Origin: Candidatus Saccharimonadales bacterium
Lineage (GTDB): Bacteria; Patescibacteriota; Microgenomatia; Woykebacterales; RBG-16-39-9b
DNA: 64,000 bases
Reading direction: 5' to 3'
Assembly (NCBI GenBank): GCA_035480955.1
Contig: DATIHF010000006.1
Coordinates: forward strand, 11,110 to 75,109
In this document: positions 1 to 8,317 of the stretch, piece by piece
How the letters are laid out: every line of letters starts with the position of its first letter
Position numbering within the stretch: the first letter of the stretch is position 1
The notes under the pieces: generated by a model
What the model saw: only the letters and a program-made list of their open reading frames with translations
The model's database searches: none
What the model was told of the DNA's origin: nothing
Made by a program: the position numbers and the translations under genes

Positions 1-436
1 AACCCTGTTTGGCTTTCAAAGCTCCAAGATCCTCTGATAGCCACATCTTGAAACTGATCAATTTCTTCACGTGTGTACCAATCTGAGTCTATCAATCCCA
101 ACAACAAGACAAGGTAGTGTGCTCTTTCTTCACCGCCCCAAATCTCATAGATGTCTCGACCAACTTGGCTTGACCCTGAGGTTAAGAAACCTTCAGCTGT
201 GTATCTTGCTTCCAAACTTTCAACCTCAAAGAAGCCTGGGACCATAACTTTCAAATTATCACTATAGTTAAAGTGGTCTGCTGTGACTCCCTCTCGAGCT
301 ATTTGAAATGGATCCCAAAATCTATTTGCCTTTCTCTTCTTATAGTTGTATCTCTCCGCCAAAACCCGTTTCTCACTCTCAACTGCAGCAAGTTTGCCTT
401 CGAGAGTGATTGGGTTTGCAAGTTGAGTAACCATGG
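1..436 (-). CDS. hypothetical protein (3' end runs off window start)
   Basis: Open minus-strand frame from ATG at 434-436 to the window edge (MVTQLANPITLEGKLAAVESEKRVLAERYNYKK...). Absent from the ORF track because no stop lies inside the window. Confidence 0.4.
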
Positions 437-508
437 ACTCTCCCTCCACGAGACTAACCGCAGTTAGACGCTTGATTGCTTGAAGACATTATAACAAAAA
501 TAAAGGGA

Positions 509-1327
509 TTAAACTTTGGACTTTCGCCAGCCAGCAGAAACCGCTTCAGACTCACTGCAAAACCATTTCTCACCTTTTGATTCGTCAATCGTGGTTTGCT
601 CGTAATAGCGCCCACCAGGAACATGGTAAATTTTCTCCCCAGAACTGCTGATATTGCCTTTGATCGTACATTGTCCAGAAGTCGGAGCGAGAGTTACTTG
701 GTAATTGGTGCTGGTCGCTCCCTGGACAGAGCAGGTGCTCCAGAGTCCAAGATTGTTGTCCCGTGCGTAGTTTTCTGCCTCTTGAAACTGTTTTTGAAAC
801 TTAACATCGGGTGGAAAAGTAGCGACTCGGGCAAACCCTTGCCTCACCAAGGTGTCGTTGATGAAATTATCACCAAGATAGACATAGCGCAGCAGTCGGC
901 CGTATCTATCCGTTTCAGAAACGTCTTTGACAAGTTTGACCTTTTTGCCTTCAACCAGCTCTTTATTTTTTGCGGAGGCTTCTTTGCCGTAACACTGTAC
1001 CGTCTTGCGCGGGTCGACTGTCTCGGGAGTGTCCATGCCAATATAGCGCACTTTTTGCCCACCTGAAATCTCGATCGTGTCCCCATCGACTACTTTGGTA
1101 ACCAAAACCCCGTCCGTTGTTTTCTCAGAGGTTTGAGAAGTCGAATTGGAGTTAGGCGAAGTTGGGTTAGAAGTTTGGGAAGTTGATTTAGTAGAATTTT
1201 CTTGTTTGGCAGAGTTAGCGGAATTTTCCGTAGTAAAATTTTGCCCGGCGAAAAAAGCGATGAGAATGAGGAAGAGAATCAAGAGTGGGAAGAAAAGTTT
1301 TTGTCTCATTGAGCCAATAATAGACAA
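509..1327 (-). CDS. secreted thermonuclease (staphylococcal-nuclease-like) with N-terminal signal/TM, S/T/N-rich linker and C-terminal Cys-containing domain
   Basis: VVDGDTIE...VRYIGMDTPE motif typical of the SNase catalytic core. Hydrophobic N-terminus. Low-complexity linker. Conserved C-terminal GEKIYHVPG...WFCSESEA..AGWRKS block. Confidence 0.75.
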   Translation of the reverse strand: MSIIGSMRQKLFFPLLILFLILIAFFAGQNFTTENSANSAKQENSTKSTSQTSNPTSPNSNSTSQTSEKTTDGVLVTKVVDGDTIEISGGQKVRYIGMDTPETVDPRKTVQCYGKEASAKNKELVEGKKVKLVKDVSETDRYGRLLRYVYLGDNFINDTLVRQGFARVATFPPDVKFQKQFQEAENYARDNNLGLWSTCSVQGATSTNYQVTLAPTSGQCTIKGNISSSGEKIYHVPGGRYYEQTTIDESKGEKWFCSESEAVSAGWRKSKV

Positions 1328-1366
1328 GTTTGCAGACTTTTTGAAGTTAGAGTTTAATTAGATTAA

Positions 1367-1864
1367 ATGAGGTTTGAAAATCCCAAGCTAAAAGTTGTAA
1401 TCATCGCAGCACTTTTGTTGATTGCCTTTTTGGCAATGTATCTAGCTCTGAGTGCGGGAGAAACTCATGCGCCAACCCAAACTGCGACTGCTTCTGCTTT
1501 AGCTAAAAATCAGCTCCAAGTTGGTAGCAAAACCATCAGTGTTGAGATGGCCCAAACCTCAAGTGAACTGCGGCAAGGTTTGTCTGACCGAGAGTCTTTG
1601 GAACAGAGTAGCGGAATGTACTTTATTTTAGGAAAAAGAGACTTCACGACTTTCTGGATGAAAGATATGCACTTTCCTCTCGACATCATATGGATTGATG
1701 GAGATAAAATAGTGGGAATTGTGAAAAACGCTCCTGTCCCAACTACAGGTAATATCCCAACCTTTCCTTCACCAGAGAAAGTAACGAACGTACTCGAGGT
1801 CAACGCTGGATTTACTCAAACCAACAATATAACTGTGGGTGATTTGGTAAAAATGGAAAACTAA
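1367..1864 (+). CDS. DUF192 (COG1430) family protein with signal/TM
   Basis: ISVEMAQTSSELRQGLSDRESL...GMYFIL...FWMKDMHFPLDIIWID resembles DUF192. Confidence 0.65.
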   Translation: MRFENPKLKVVIIAALLLIAFLAMYLALSAGETHAPTQTATASALAKNQLQVGSKTISVEMAQTSSELRQGLSDRESLEQSSGMYFILGKRDFTTFWMKDMHFPLDIIWIDGDKIVGIVKNAPVPTTGNIPTFPSPEKVTNVLEVNAGFTQTNNITVGDLVKMEN

Positions 1865-1969
1865 AGATGAGAAAGGATGAGGTAGAGGATTGCAACCGCA
1901 GTTGAGGCGCCAAAGATGAGACCCAAGACTGCACCAGCCCCACTGACAAAAATTTCAAAGAAATCTAGG

Positions 1970-2566
1970 TTAAGCTTTGACGGATTCATACTTTTTAGTT
2001 CCCAGGTGAAGGGCGATTCCTGAAGTAATCAATAGAGCACTTACCCAAACGAAAGCATAGTTGTCTTGCTCACCATTAGCGGTGTTTGGCAAAGTTGAGA
2101 TTGTTAAGACAGTTGGAGTCACAGGAGTGGCCGGAGTGGCAACTGCTGGGGTAGTCGGAGTTCCGACACCAGGAGTTTCCGGATTTGTAGTTTCATTTTT
2201 AGGTTTGTGACCACACCAACCTTCGTTGTCGTCTTCAAAGTCGTCATCGTTTCCACAACCATTGTTGCCGTCTTGATCAGCTTTATCGACTCCACCACCC
2301 ATACCAGGTTTATCTAAACCAGTGTTAAGACGGTCAGGACCCTTGCCATTGTTATCAGGGTCAGAGTTTGATTTACCTTGAGTGAGAGAACCACCCTGCT
2401 CAACAGAACGATCCTTTCCTGAGGGGTGAGCGTTATCACCAGAGTCTGGTGTGTCGTAAACAATTTCAGATTTATTTGAATGAGAGTTACTGGCAAATGC
2501 GGGAGTAGCCGCAATAGAGAAAGCGGCAATTAATGTAAGACTTATAGTTGTGAGTTTCTTAATCAT
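1970..2566 (-). CDS. secreted low-complexity surface protein with C-terminal sortase-type sorting signal (LPNTA + hydrophobic segment + KKYESVKA tail)
   Basis: N-terminal signal peptide MIKKLTTISLTLIAAFSIAATPAFA. G/D/N/P-rich body. LPNTA followed by a TM stretch and a basic tail. Confidence 0.55.
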   Translation of the reverse strand: MIKKLTTISLTLIAAFSIAATPAFASNSHSNKSEIVYDTPDSGDNAHPSGKDRSVEQGGSLTQGKSNSDPDNNGKGPDRLNTGLDKPGMGGGVDKADQDGNNGCGNDDDFEDDNEGWCGHKPKNETTNPETPGVGTPTTPAVATPATPVTPTVLTISTLPNTANGEQDNYAFVWVSALLITSGIALHLGTKKYESVKA

Positions 2567-2784
2567 TGAGGAAGATTATATCACAGCTCATAGTAGTTTG
2601 TCAACTATTATAGGTTGTGTCTCGCTCAGGAGTCGGCTAGTATCTTATAGAAAGTGGGGGGGCTATGGAGAGCAAAGGCGGCCGTGAAGAAGTAAAACGG
2701 GCGCCTTATTAATTTGGTTGCTTTGCTTTACTTCTATCCTGTAGTGTGTTAGGGTCGGTGCGTACCTTAACAAGAAGGAGTTAA

Positions 2785-3408
2785 ATGATGGATCCCTGGG
2801 AAGAAACCTGGGTTAACCATTACGCTGAACTTGGTGTTCCAATGTTCAGTGACGTAAAAGTTTGCAAAAAAGCTTATCGTAAGCAGGCGATGAAATATCA
2901 TACTGACGCGGGTTCTGAGCCAAACAACGCTCGGATGGTAAAACTGAATGCAGCCTTTGAGGTTTTGATCAAAAACCAGGCCAACAAGACACGCTACGAC
3001 CAATATTCCCGTGAAAATAAAATGAGAACAACCTCTGGAACAGGGGCTTCAGCTGGCAGTCCTGGTCCAAGCGGTACCAGAAGAACTCCACCAAGTTCGC
3101 CTAAACCCCCACCGGCATCACCTAAGGTATACAACCCGGTTATTCGAGTTGAGCACCTAGGGTCAAGATTGAAGACTACAACCGAAGGTGAGGCGATAGT
3201 TGAGAAGTTTGTCGTCCACCACGTCAGTGGAGAATTGCCTCCAAATCCACAGCTAGATATTGAGATTGAGGGAATTTTTGAAGAAGCTTTCAGTATCGAT
3301 CAATACCCCAAAAACCGCTTTCCGACGACTGTCGTCGTCAATATCACTCCCCAGTCGACTGGAAGCTATGTCGGCGCGATAAGCTTCCAGATCCTTGACC
3401 CAGCCTAA
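2785..3408 (+). CDS. J-domain protein (DnaJ-like N-terminal domain, HTD variant of HPD) with P/S-rich linker and unknown C-terminal domain
   Basis: YAELGVP..SDVKVCKKAYRKQAMKYHTDAG....LNAAFEVL....RYDQY matches J-domain helices II/III. AAGGAG RBS 5 nt before the ATG. Confidence 0.7.
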   Translation: MMDPWEETWVNHYAELGVPMFSDVKVCKKAYRKQAMKYHTDAGSEPNNARMVKLNAAFEVLIKNQANKTRYDQYSRENKMRTTSGTGASAGSPGPSGTRRTPPSSPKPPPASPKVYNPVIRVEHLGSRLKTTTEGEAIVEKFVVHHVSGELPPNPQLDIEIEGIFEEAFSIDQYPKNRFPTTVVVNITPQSTGSYVGAISFQILDPA

Positions 3409-3418
3409 GGAGGCGAGC

Positions 3419-4129
3419 ATGTCTGAGCAAATCGGTTTGGTCGTACGCAAATCCAGCGAGCCAAACAAAAAGTTGAATCCACAAGGGCAGGCTTACAAGC
3501 AAAAGACAAACCCTGTTTTGGATCTTGTTTTTGTGATCGATACGACAGGAAGTATGAGTGACAAGATTGACAGTTTGTTACGCAAATGCCAAACATTCGT
3601 TGATAAGCTAGCTAGCAGAAAGATCGACTGGCGGATTGCAATAGTTGCTTTCGGGGATCTAACAATCCCAGGAGACAAGATCGTCGCCGCTAGCTTTAGC
3701 AATAAGACAGAGACTGTCAAAGACACTCTAGCAAAAATTCCACGCTTTAACGGCGGTGGCAATGAGGGCGAGTCTTCCTTAGAGGCTCTTCAGAAAGCAA
3801 TGAGTGTATACCAATTCCGACCAAATGCTATCAAAGCTTTTATCTTGTTGACCGACGAGCCAGCTCTGAAGCACCAAAACAGCCCCGAGAGAGTCACAAG
3901 CAGTCTCAGGGAAAGAGGAATTTTGACTTTTGTGATCGCTCCACCACTTCAATACTATAAAGATATGGCCCAAACAACTGGTGGCAAATGGTTCCAGATC
4001 TCAGCGACAACTGACTTTGACTCTATAATCGATATGCTCATTGGGAGTTTGACCGAGGTTGTCGAAGAAGTACAAGAAATCGCCCAAGGAGATGTAGAGA
4101 AATACCTTCGACTTAAAGGAGGTCACTAA
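3419..4129 (+). CDS. von Willebrand factor A (vWA) domain protein with MIDAS-like motif
   Basis: LVFVIDTTGSMSDKI (DxTxS), IAIVAFGD, FNGGGNEGESSLEAL, AFILLTDE and TGGKWFQ are typical vWA/MIDAS blocks. Start moved from the ORF-track TTG at 3395 to the ATG at 3419 because TAAGGAGG overlaps the upstream stop codon. Confidence 0.75.
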   Translation: MSEQIGLVVRKSSEPNKKLNPQGQAYKQKTNPVLDLVFVIDTTGSMSDKIDSLLRKCQTFVDKLASRKIDWRIAIVAFGDLTIPGDKIVAASFSNKTETVKDTLAKIPRFNGGGNEGESSLEALQKAMSVYQFRPNAIKAFILLTDEPALKHQNSPERVTSSLRERGILTFVIAPPLQYYKDMAQTTGGKWFQISATTDFDSIIDMLIGSLTEVVEEVQEIAQGDVEKYLRLKGGH

Positions 4130-4131
4130 CC

Positions 4132-4160
4132 CTGGATTTTTCCGGGGTTATTTTTTGCTT
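4132..4160 (+). terminator. intrinsic terminator after the vWA gene
   Basis: CCCUGGA-UUUU-UCCGGGG hairpin (one G.U) followed by UUAUUUUUU. Confidence 0.45.
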
Positions 4161-4183
4161 AAATAAACTCAGTGTGCTATATA
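4155..4183 (+). promoter_or_regulatory. sigma70-like promoter of membrane-protein paralog A
   Basis: TTGCTT, 17-nt spacer, TATATA. Followed by the conserved GCACATTCACAA box that is also present upstream of paralog B. Confidence 0.4.
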
Positions 4184-4218
4184 GTCACTAGGCACATTCA
4201 CAACCCGATGGAGGGAGA

Positions 4219-4884
4219 ATGCCAAGCAATCGAGTCCGGGTCGATTATGCTCTAAAGGTCATTCCGAAAACTAGACCTCGCCCAACACCAGCTGGACCTA
4301 AAACACCAGTCTACACTTCTACTCCAGCACCAGCTCCAGTATCAATAAGTCCACCAAAGAAATCTGATTGGGATGATTACCCCCTGGGTAAAGTTGGGGC
4401 GTTAGTCTGGGCGATATTCATGCTATTGGTTTTTACAACCGTGATAAGCTACTTCGTCTATAAAGGAACCACAGACGATAGTCCTGATCAAACCTCAGGC
4501 AACAAGTCTTCTGCAGCTGCCTTCCCGACGACAAAAGTACCTGGATATGGCACAGTAACCATGTATCCAAGTAAAAAAATCACCACTGATAACCCTCGTA
4601 TTAACGAGAATACTGTAGCGGATACTTCAGTGCAATTTTGTTTCGTTAATTGGAATAGTAGCAAACCCAACGTTTGTACCTCTTCCTCTCAGATCGTCAA
4701 TGGACAGTATCAGGTATACACCTTACCTGAAGGCCAGTACTGGATATCAGGGGTTAGAAGTAACGGTGAAAAACAGTATGTAGACGGAACAGAGTGGATA
4801 AATGTTTCTGCTGGCTCAAGGTTTACTTTCCATTGCTGGCGTTACACAGAATATGGTAGTGAATGGTTTATCTGCGATGAGTAG
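4219..4884 (+). CDS. single-pass membrane protein, paralog A (cytoplasmic Pro-rich N-tail, TM, Cys-containing extracytoplasmic domain)
   Basis: N-terminal MPSNRVRVDYALKVIPK motif shared with the downstream paralog. TM at ALVWAIFMLLVFTTVISYFVY. GGAGGGAG RBS. Confidence 0.6.
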   Translation: MPSNRVRVDYALKVIPKTRPRPTPAGPKTPVYTSTPAPAPVSISPPKKSDWDDYPLGKVGALVWAIFMLLVFTTVISYFVYKGTTDDSPDQTSGNKSSAAAFPTTKVPGYGTVTMYPSKKITTDNPRINENTVADTSVQFCFVNWNSSKPNVCTSSSQIVNGQYQVYTLPEGQYWISGVRSNGEKQYVDGTEWINVSAGSRFTFHCWRYTEYGSEWFICDE

Positions 4885-4903
4885 TATAAGACAATTTTTT
4901 AGA

Positions 4904-4930
4904 CCCCGAAACTAGAGTTCGGGGTTTTTT
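4904..4930 (+). terminator. intrinsic terminator
   Basis: CCCCGAA-loop-UUCGGGG followed by UUUUUU. Confidence 0.7.
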
Positions 4931-4983
4931 CTTGCTTAATAGAGTAAAATGTACTTAAGCACATTCACAAAAAGAAGGAGAGT

Positions 4984-5580
4984 ATGCCAAGTAATCCAAT
5001 ACGGATAACTTATCGGTTGCGAGTTAAACCAGGCCGTTCAAAGCCAAGCAGAACACCTATTTTCGTTATCCTATTACTTTTCTCGTTGGCTCTTTTAGTC
5101 AGTTTTTTGGTTCTCAAGGGTCAGAGTTATCAAAGCTCTTCTGCGACAAGTTACACGGTGCCGGTTCATAGTTTCATAACGCCAAGCTTTGCAACCCCAA
5201 CTCCTACGTTTAACCAGCCGAGCGTAAACAAAAGTACTTCTTCAAACGAAGTTAAAGGGTCTTTGAAACTTTATTCCACTACTATCTTTTGTCGTAAAGA
5301 AGGTGATTGTAACCCCCCTGGACAAAATCGTTATGACACTTTTTGTTTAGGACCTGTGGGGCAAAGTCCAGGTCTGTTTAACTGTACTCGATACGAAAAC
5401 GGGTACCACATTATCCCGTCTATAATAGCAAGCGGCTTGTACGATATTACAGCGGAGGGGCTCAAAATTTATTTGAAAGTGGGACAGGTAAATATTGTTC
5501 CAGGTCTCACTTCGCTGGTTGACTGTACCATTTACGAATGGAGCGAACGACCAAGCACGGGTACTTGTACTGCTAGATAG
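4984..5580 (+). CDS. single-pass membrane protein, paralog B
   Basis: N-terminal MPSNPIRITYRLRVKPG motif and TM IFVILLLFSLALLVSFLVL. C-terminal domain is Cys-rich and differs from paralog A. AAGGAGAG RBS. Confidence 0.6.
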   Translation: MPSNPIRITYRLRVKPGRSKPSRTPIFVILLLFSLALLVSFLVLKGQSYQSSSATSYTVPVHSFITPSFATPTPTFNQPSVNKSTSSNEVKGSLKLYSTTIFCRKEGDCNPPGQNRYDTFCLGPVGQSPGLFNCTRYENGYHIIPSIIASGLYDITAEGLKIYLKVGQVNIVPGLTSLVDCTIYEWSERPSTGTCTAR

Positions 5581-5602
5581 TCGTACGGATAGAAGAGAGA
5601 TC

Positions 5603-5636
5603 AGGGCGTTCAACAAGTTATTGACCGCCCTTTTTC
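5603..5636 (+). terminator. intrinsic terminator
   Basis: GGGCG...CGCCC stem followed by UUUUU. Confidence 0.6.
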
Positions 5637-5700
5637 TTTGCTTGAATTTCGGTAAACTCAAAGCTTTCACCGCTCCAAAATTTCCTCTAAGAACCTATAG

Positions 5701-5729
5701 TTGAGCTTCTTTGTTTTATTTGCTATAAT
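5701..5729 (+). promoter_or_regulatory. sigma70-like promoter
   Basis: TTGAGC, 17 nt, TATAAT. AAAGGAG RBS before the ATG at 5756. Confidence 0.5.
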
Positions 5730-5755
5730 TTTTTCCCGACGAAAGGAGTCGATCC

Positions 5756-6025
5756 ATGAACCCTGAATTGACCATGCTGCAGTGGGATATCATCGCGATT
5801 GTACGAGAAGGCAACTGGCCTTCGGCAAAGAAGATTCGCGAGCAGCTGGAGAAACGTCATTCTCCCGAAGGTTTGAGCGAGCTCGACGAAATCCTCGACA
5901 TCATGGTTGGGGCAGGATGGATGCAACAAACTCACACTCCGAGAGGTTCGAAAGTCGCCGACCTGAACGAGCGTTATTTTACTGTAACCAAAATGGCGCT
6001 AATACTGTCTCTGGAAGCAGTGTAG
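5756..6025 (+). CDS. small helical protein, possible winged-helix DNA-binding regulator
   Basis: 89-aa helical protein with basic stretches. GC visibly higher than neighbouring genes. Confidence 0.4.
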   Translation: MNPELTMLQWDIIAIVREGNWPSAKKIREQLEKRHSPEGLSELDEILDIMVGAGWMQQTHTPRGSKVADLNERYFTVTKMALILSLEAV

Positions 6026-6038
6026 AAGGGAGTCTCTC

Positions 6039-6299
6039 GTGACGCAACTTGAGCAGCTGACGACGGTCCAGGTTTTCACCTTGGAGCACCTGCGGTTTTC
6101 TTCCGCGAACTGTGCAGAGATTCAGAAAGGGGTAGAGCAGCGTCTCCAAAAGCAGATCAAAAGTGCAGGAGTCTTCATGGCTCAACTGCACGAACTCAAA
6201 CATGCGGGACTGGTCACCTCGGACAAACTCGACGGCATCGCTGTCTACAACATAACCAGTTCAGGTCGAAGTCTGCTTCGAACAGCAACACCTGCTTGA
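6039..6299 (+). CDS. small putative winged-helix transcriptional regulator
   Basis: TTVQVFTLEHL...CAEIQKGVEQ...LHELKHAGLVTSDKLDGIAVYNITSSGRSLL resembles the PadR/MarR-like wHTH pattern. GTG start. Confidence 0.4.
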   Translation: MTQLEQLTTVQVFTLEHLRFSSANCAEIQKGVEQRLQKQIKSAGVFMAQLHELKHAGLVTSDKLDGIAVYNITSSGRSLLRTATPA

Positions 6300-6305
6300 A
6301 ATGCT

Positions 6306-6338
6306 CCGGGAAGTCCCACCAGATTTCCCGGTTTTTTT
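6306..6338 (+). terminator. intrinsic terminator
   Basis: CCGGGAA...UUCCCGG followed by UUUUUUU. Confidence 0.7.
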
Positions 6339-6380
6339 ATTCCTTGATAAACTCTTCACTAGACTCTAAAATAATTCTTC

Positions 6381-7040
6381 ATGATCAAAGTCACCAATCT
6401 CACCAAAACTTACAAAACCGGTGAAACTTCTTTCAATGCCCTTGACGATGTTTCATTGGAGATCCAAAAAGGTGAGTTTGTCGCAATTTTGGGTGCTTCG
6501 GGCAGTGGCAAATCCACTCTGATGCACCTCATTGGTGGCCTGGATAAGCCAACTAGCGGAACTATCGAAGTCGATGAGCAAAATCTCGGCAAACTCAATG
6601 ACGGCAAGCTGGCCCGCTACCGCAATGAAAAAGTCGGCTTTGTCTTTCAATTTTTCAATCTCTTGCAGGGAACCAGCTCGTTAAACAATGTCACCCTACC
6701 TTTGATTTACTCTCGAAAAAAGGTTAGCCGCAAACAAGCGGCCACCGCGATACTCACTGAAGTAGGACTCGCCGAAAAGCTCAAAAACCGTCCCAACCAA
6801 CTTTCCGGCGGCGAGCAGCAGAGAGTCTCGATCGCGAGAGCTCTGGTAAATAATCCCGAGATAATTTTGGCCGACGAACCCACGGGCAACCTTGACTCGA
6901 AAACTGGCTTAGCGATTTTTGAACTTTTGCGAGAACTCAACAAAAAAGGCAAAACGGTCGTGGTGGTGACTCATGACAATAATTTAGCCGAGAAAGCTGA
7001 CCGGGTCATCCGAGTTTCTGACGGGAGAATTGTTGAATGA
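6381..7040 (+). CDS. ABC transporter ATP-binding protein (MacB/LolD/FtsE-type)
   Basis: Walker [10 protein letters not shown], signature [15 protein letters not shown] and Walker [12 protein letters not shown]. Confidence 0.9.
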   Translation: MIKVTNLTKTYKTGETSFNALDDVSLEIQKGEFVAILGASGSGKSTLMHLIGGLDKPTSGTIEVDEQNLGKLNDGKLARYRNEKVGFVFQFFNLLQGTSSLNNVTLPLIYSRKKVSRKQAATAILTEVGLAEKLKNRPNQLSGGEQQRVSIARALVNNPEIILADEPTGNLDSKTGLAIFELLRELNKKGKTVVVVTHDNNLAEKADRVIRVSDGRIVE

Positions 7041-8254
7041 TAATAATTGATTCTTTCAGAATGGCTTTTGCCTCACTCTGGTCGAAAAAATCACGTAGTT
7101 TTCTCTCCATGCTTGGAATAATCATCGGGATCCTGACGGTTGCGAGTCTTTTATCCATTGGCTTCGGAGTCAAAAGTGAGGTAACCAAACAAATTGGAGA
7201 CTTGGGCACTAACTTGATTGTGGTTATTTCTGGCAAACAAACCCAGGACGGCAGCCCCAATCTTTCGGCTTCTTTGGGACAGAGTACTCTCACTGAAAAA
7301 GATTATCTCTCAATTCGCGACAATGTTGTGCAAGTGCAAAATCTATCAATGATGAATCTAATCTCAGGAACTGTTAAAAGAGATACAACTACCATGGACT
7401 CCTCGGTCTTAGTCGGCGGCTCACCTGGACTAGAGAAAGCTTTTACATTCAAACTAAAAGAGGGACGTTTCTTAAATCAGGCTGACGAGGATCAAAAACT
7501 CAAAAATGTCGTTATCGGCTCGAATGTAGTCGAAAAACTTTTCCCAGGAGAAGACCCCTTAGGCAAAACCCTCGAAACTCGCTCAACTCCTTTTACAATC
7601 GTCGGTATCTTGGAAAAGCGCGACACCGCTAGCAATCTCGGTGGGCCAGATTTCAATGCTCTGGTACAAATGCCAGTACACACCAGCTGGGAGCTCACCG
7701 GTAGCGAACAGCTTTTTCGTATCACCATGCAATCCAAAGATTCCGAATCCATTGATGCGGATAAAAAAGCGGTCAAAGAGGCCGTATTAAAAAGTCACAA
7801 AGGGGAGGAGGATTTCTCAGTTTTGACACAAGATGATCTTCTCAAAACAGTCGGCGGGATTTTAAATATCATCACCGCCATGCTTGGCGCGATCTCATTG
7901 ATTTCTTTGTTGGTCGGGGGGATTGGGATCATGAATATAATGTTAGTCTCGGTCTCAGAACGAACTCGGGAGATAGGGATTCGCAAAGCGGTTGGTGCCA
8001 CGCGAGACGCAATATTGCTGCAATTTTTGATTGAGAGTATTATTTTGACTCTCTTTGCTGGTTTGGTCGCGGTAGTGATCTTTGGAACAATCGTGAGTCT
8101 AATCCCCAAAGATTCACCAATTCCAATTCATCTCAATATCAATATTTTGCTCCTCGCCCTGGGTTTCTCGGGAGTGGTTGGAATAATCTTTGGAATCATC
8201 CCCGCAATTGGCGCTTCACGCAAAAATCCGATCGAAGCTCTGCGCTACGAGTAA
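7037..8254 (+). CDS. ABC transporter permease, FtsX/MacB-type (N-terminal TM, periplasmic domain, C-terminal FtsX 3-TM)
   Basis: ATGA start/stop overlap with the ATPase gene. Typical FtsX C-terminus GIGIMNIMLVSVSERTREIGIRKAVGA. Confidence 0.85.
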   Translation: MIIIDSFRMAFASLWSKKSRSFLSMLGIIIGILTVASLLSIGFGVKSEVTKQIGDLGTNLIVVISGKQTQDGSPNLSASLGQSTLTEKDYLSIRDNVVQVQNLSMMNLISGTVKRDTTTMDSSVLVGGSPGLEKAFTFKLKEGRFLNQADEDQKLKNVVIGSNVVEKLFPGEDPLGKTLETRSTPFTIVGILEKRDTASNLGGPDFNALVQMPVHTSWELTGSEQLFRITMQSKDSESIDADKKAVKEAVLKSHKGEEDFSVLTQDDLLKTVGGILNIITAMLGAISLISLLVGGIGIMNIMLVSVSERTREIGIRKAVGATRDAILLQFLIESIILTLFAGLVAVVIFGTIVSLIPKDSPIPIHLNINILLLALGFSGVVGIIFGIIPAIGASRKNPIEALRYE

Positions 8255-8317
8255 AATTCACCTTATAATAATCTAGCTTGTCTTGACAAAATCTCAGCAA
8301 TTTCTCATGCTTATTAT

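Noticed and set aside
596-1086. ORFs 596..1066(+) and 844..1086(-) inside the nuclease gene, and similar internal or antisense ORFs within the P-type ATPase (27309-28829), the VirD4-like ATPase (49424-51223) and the Clp ATPase (32274-33782)
   Set aside because: Embedded in or antisense to long ORFs with clear homology-type motifs. No independent RBS or domain signal.
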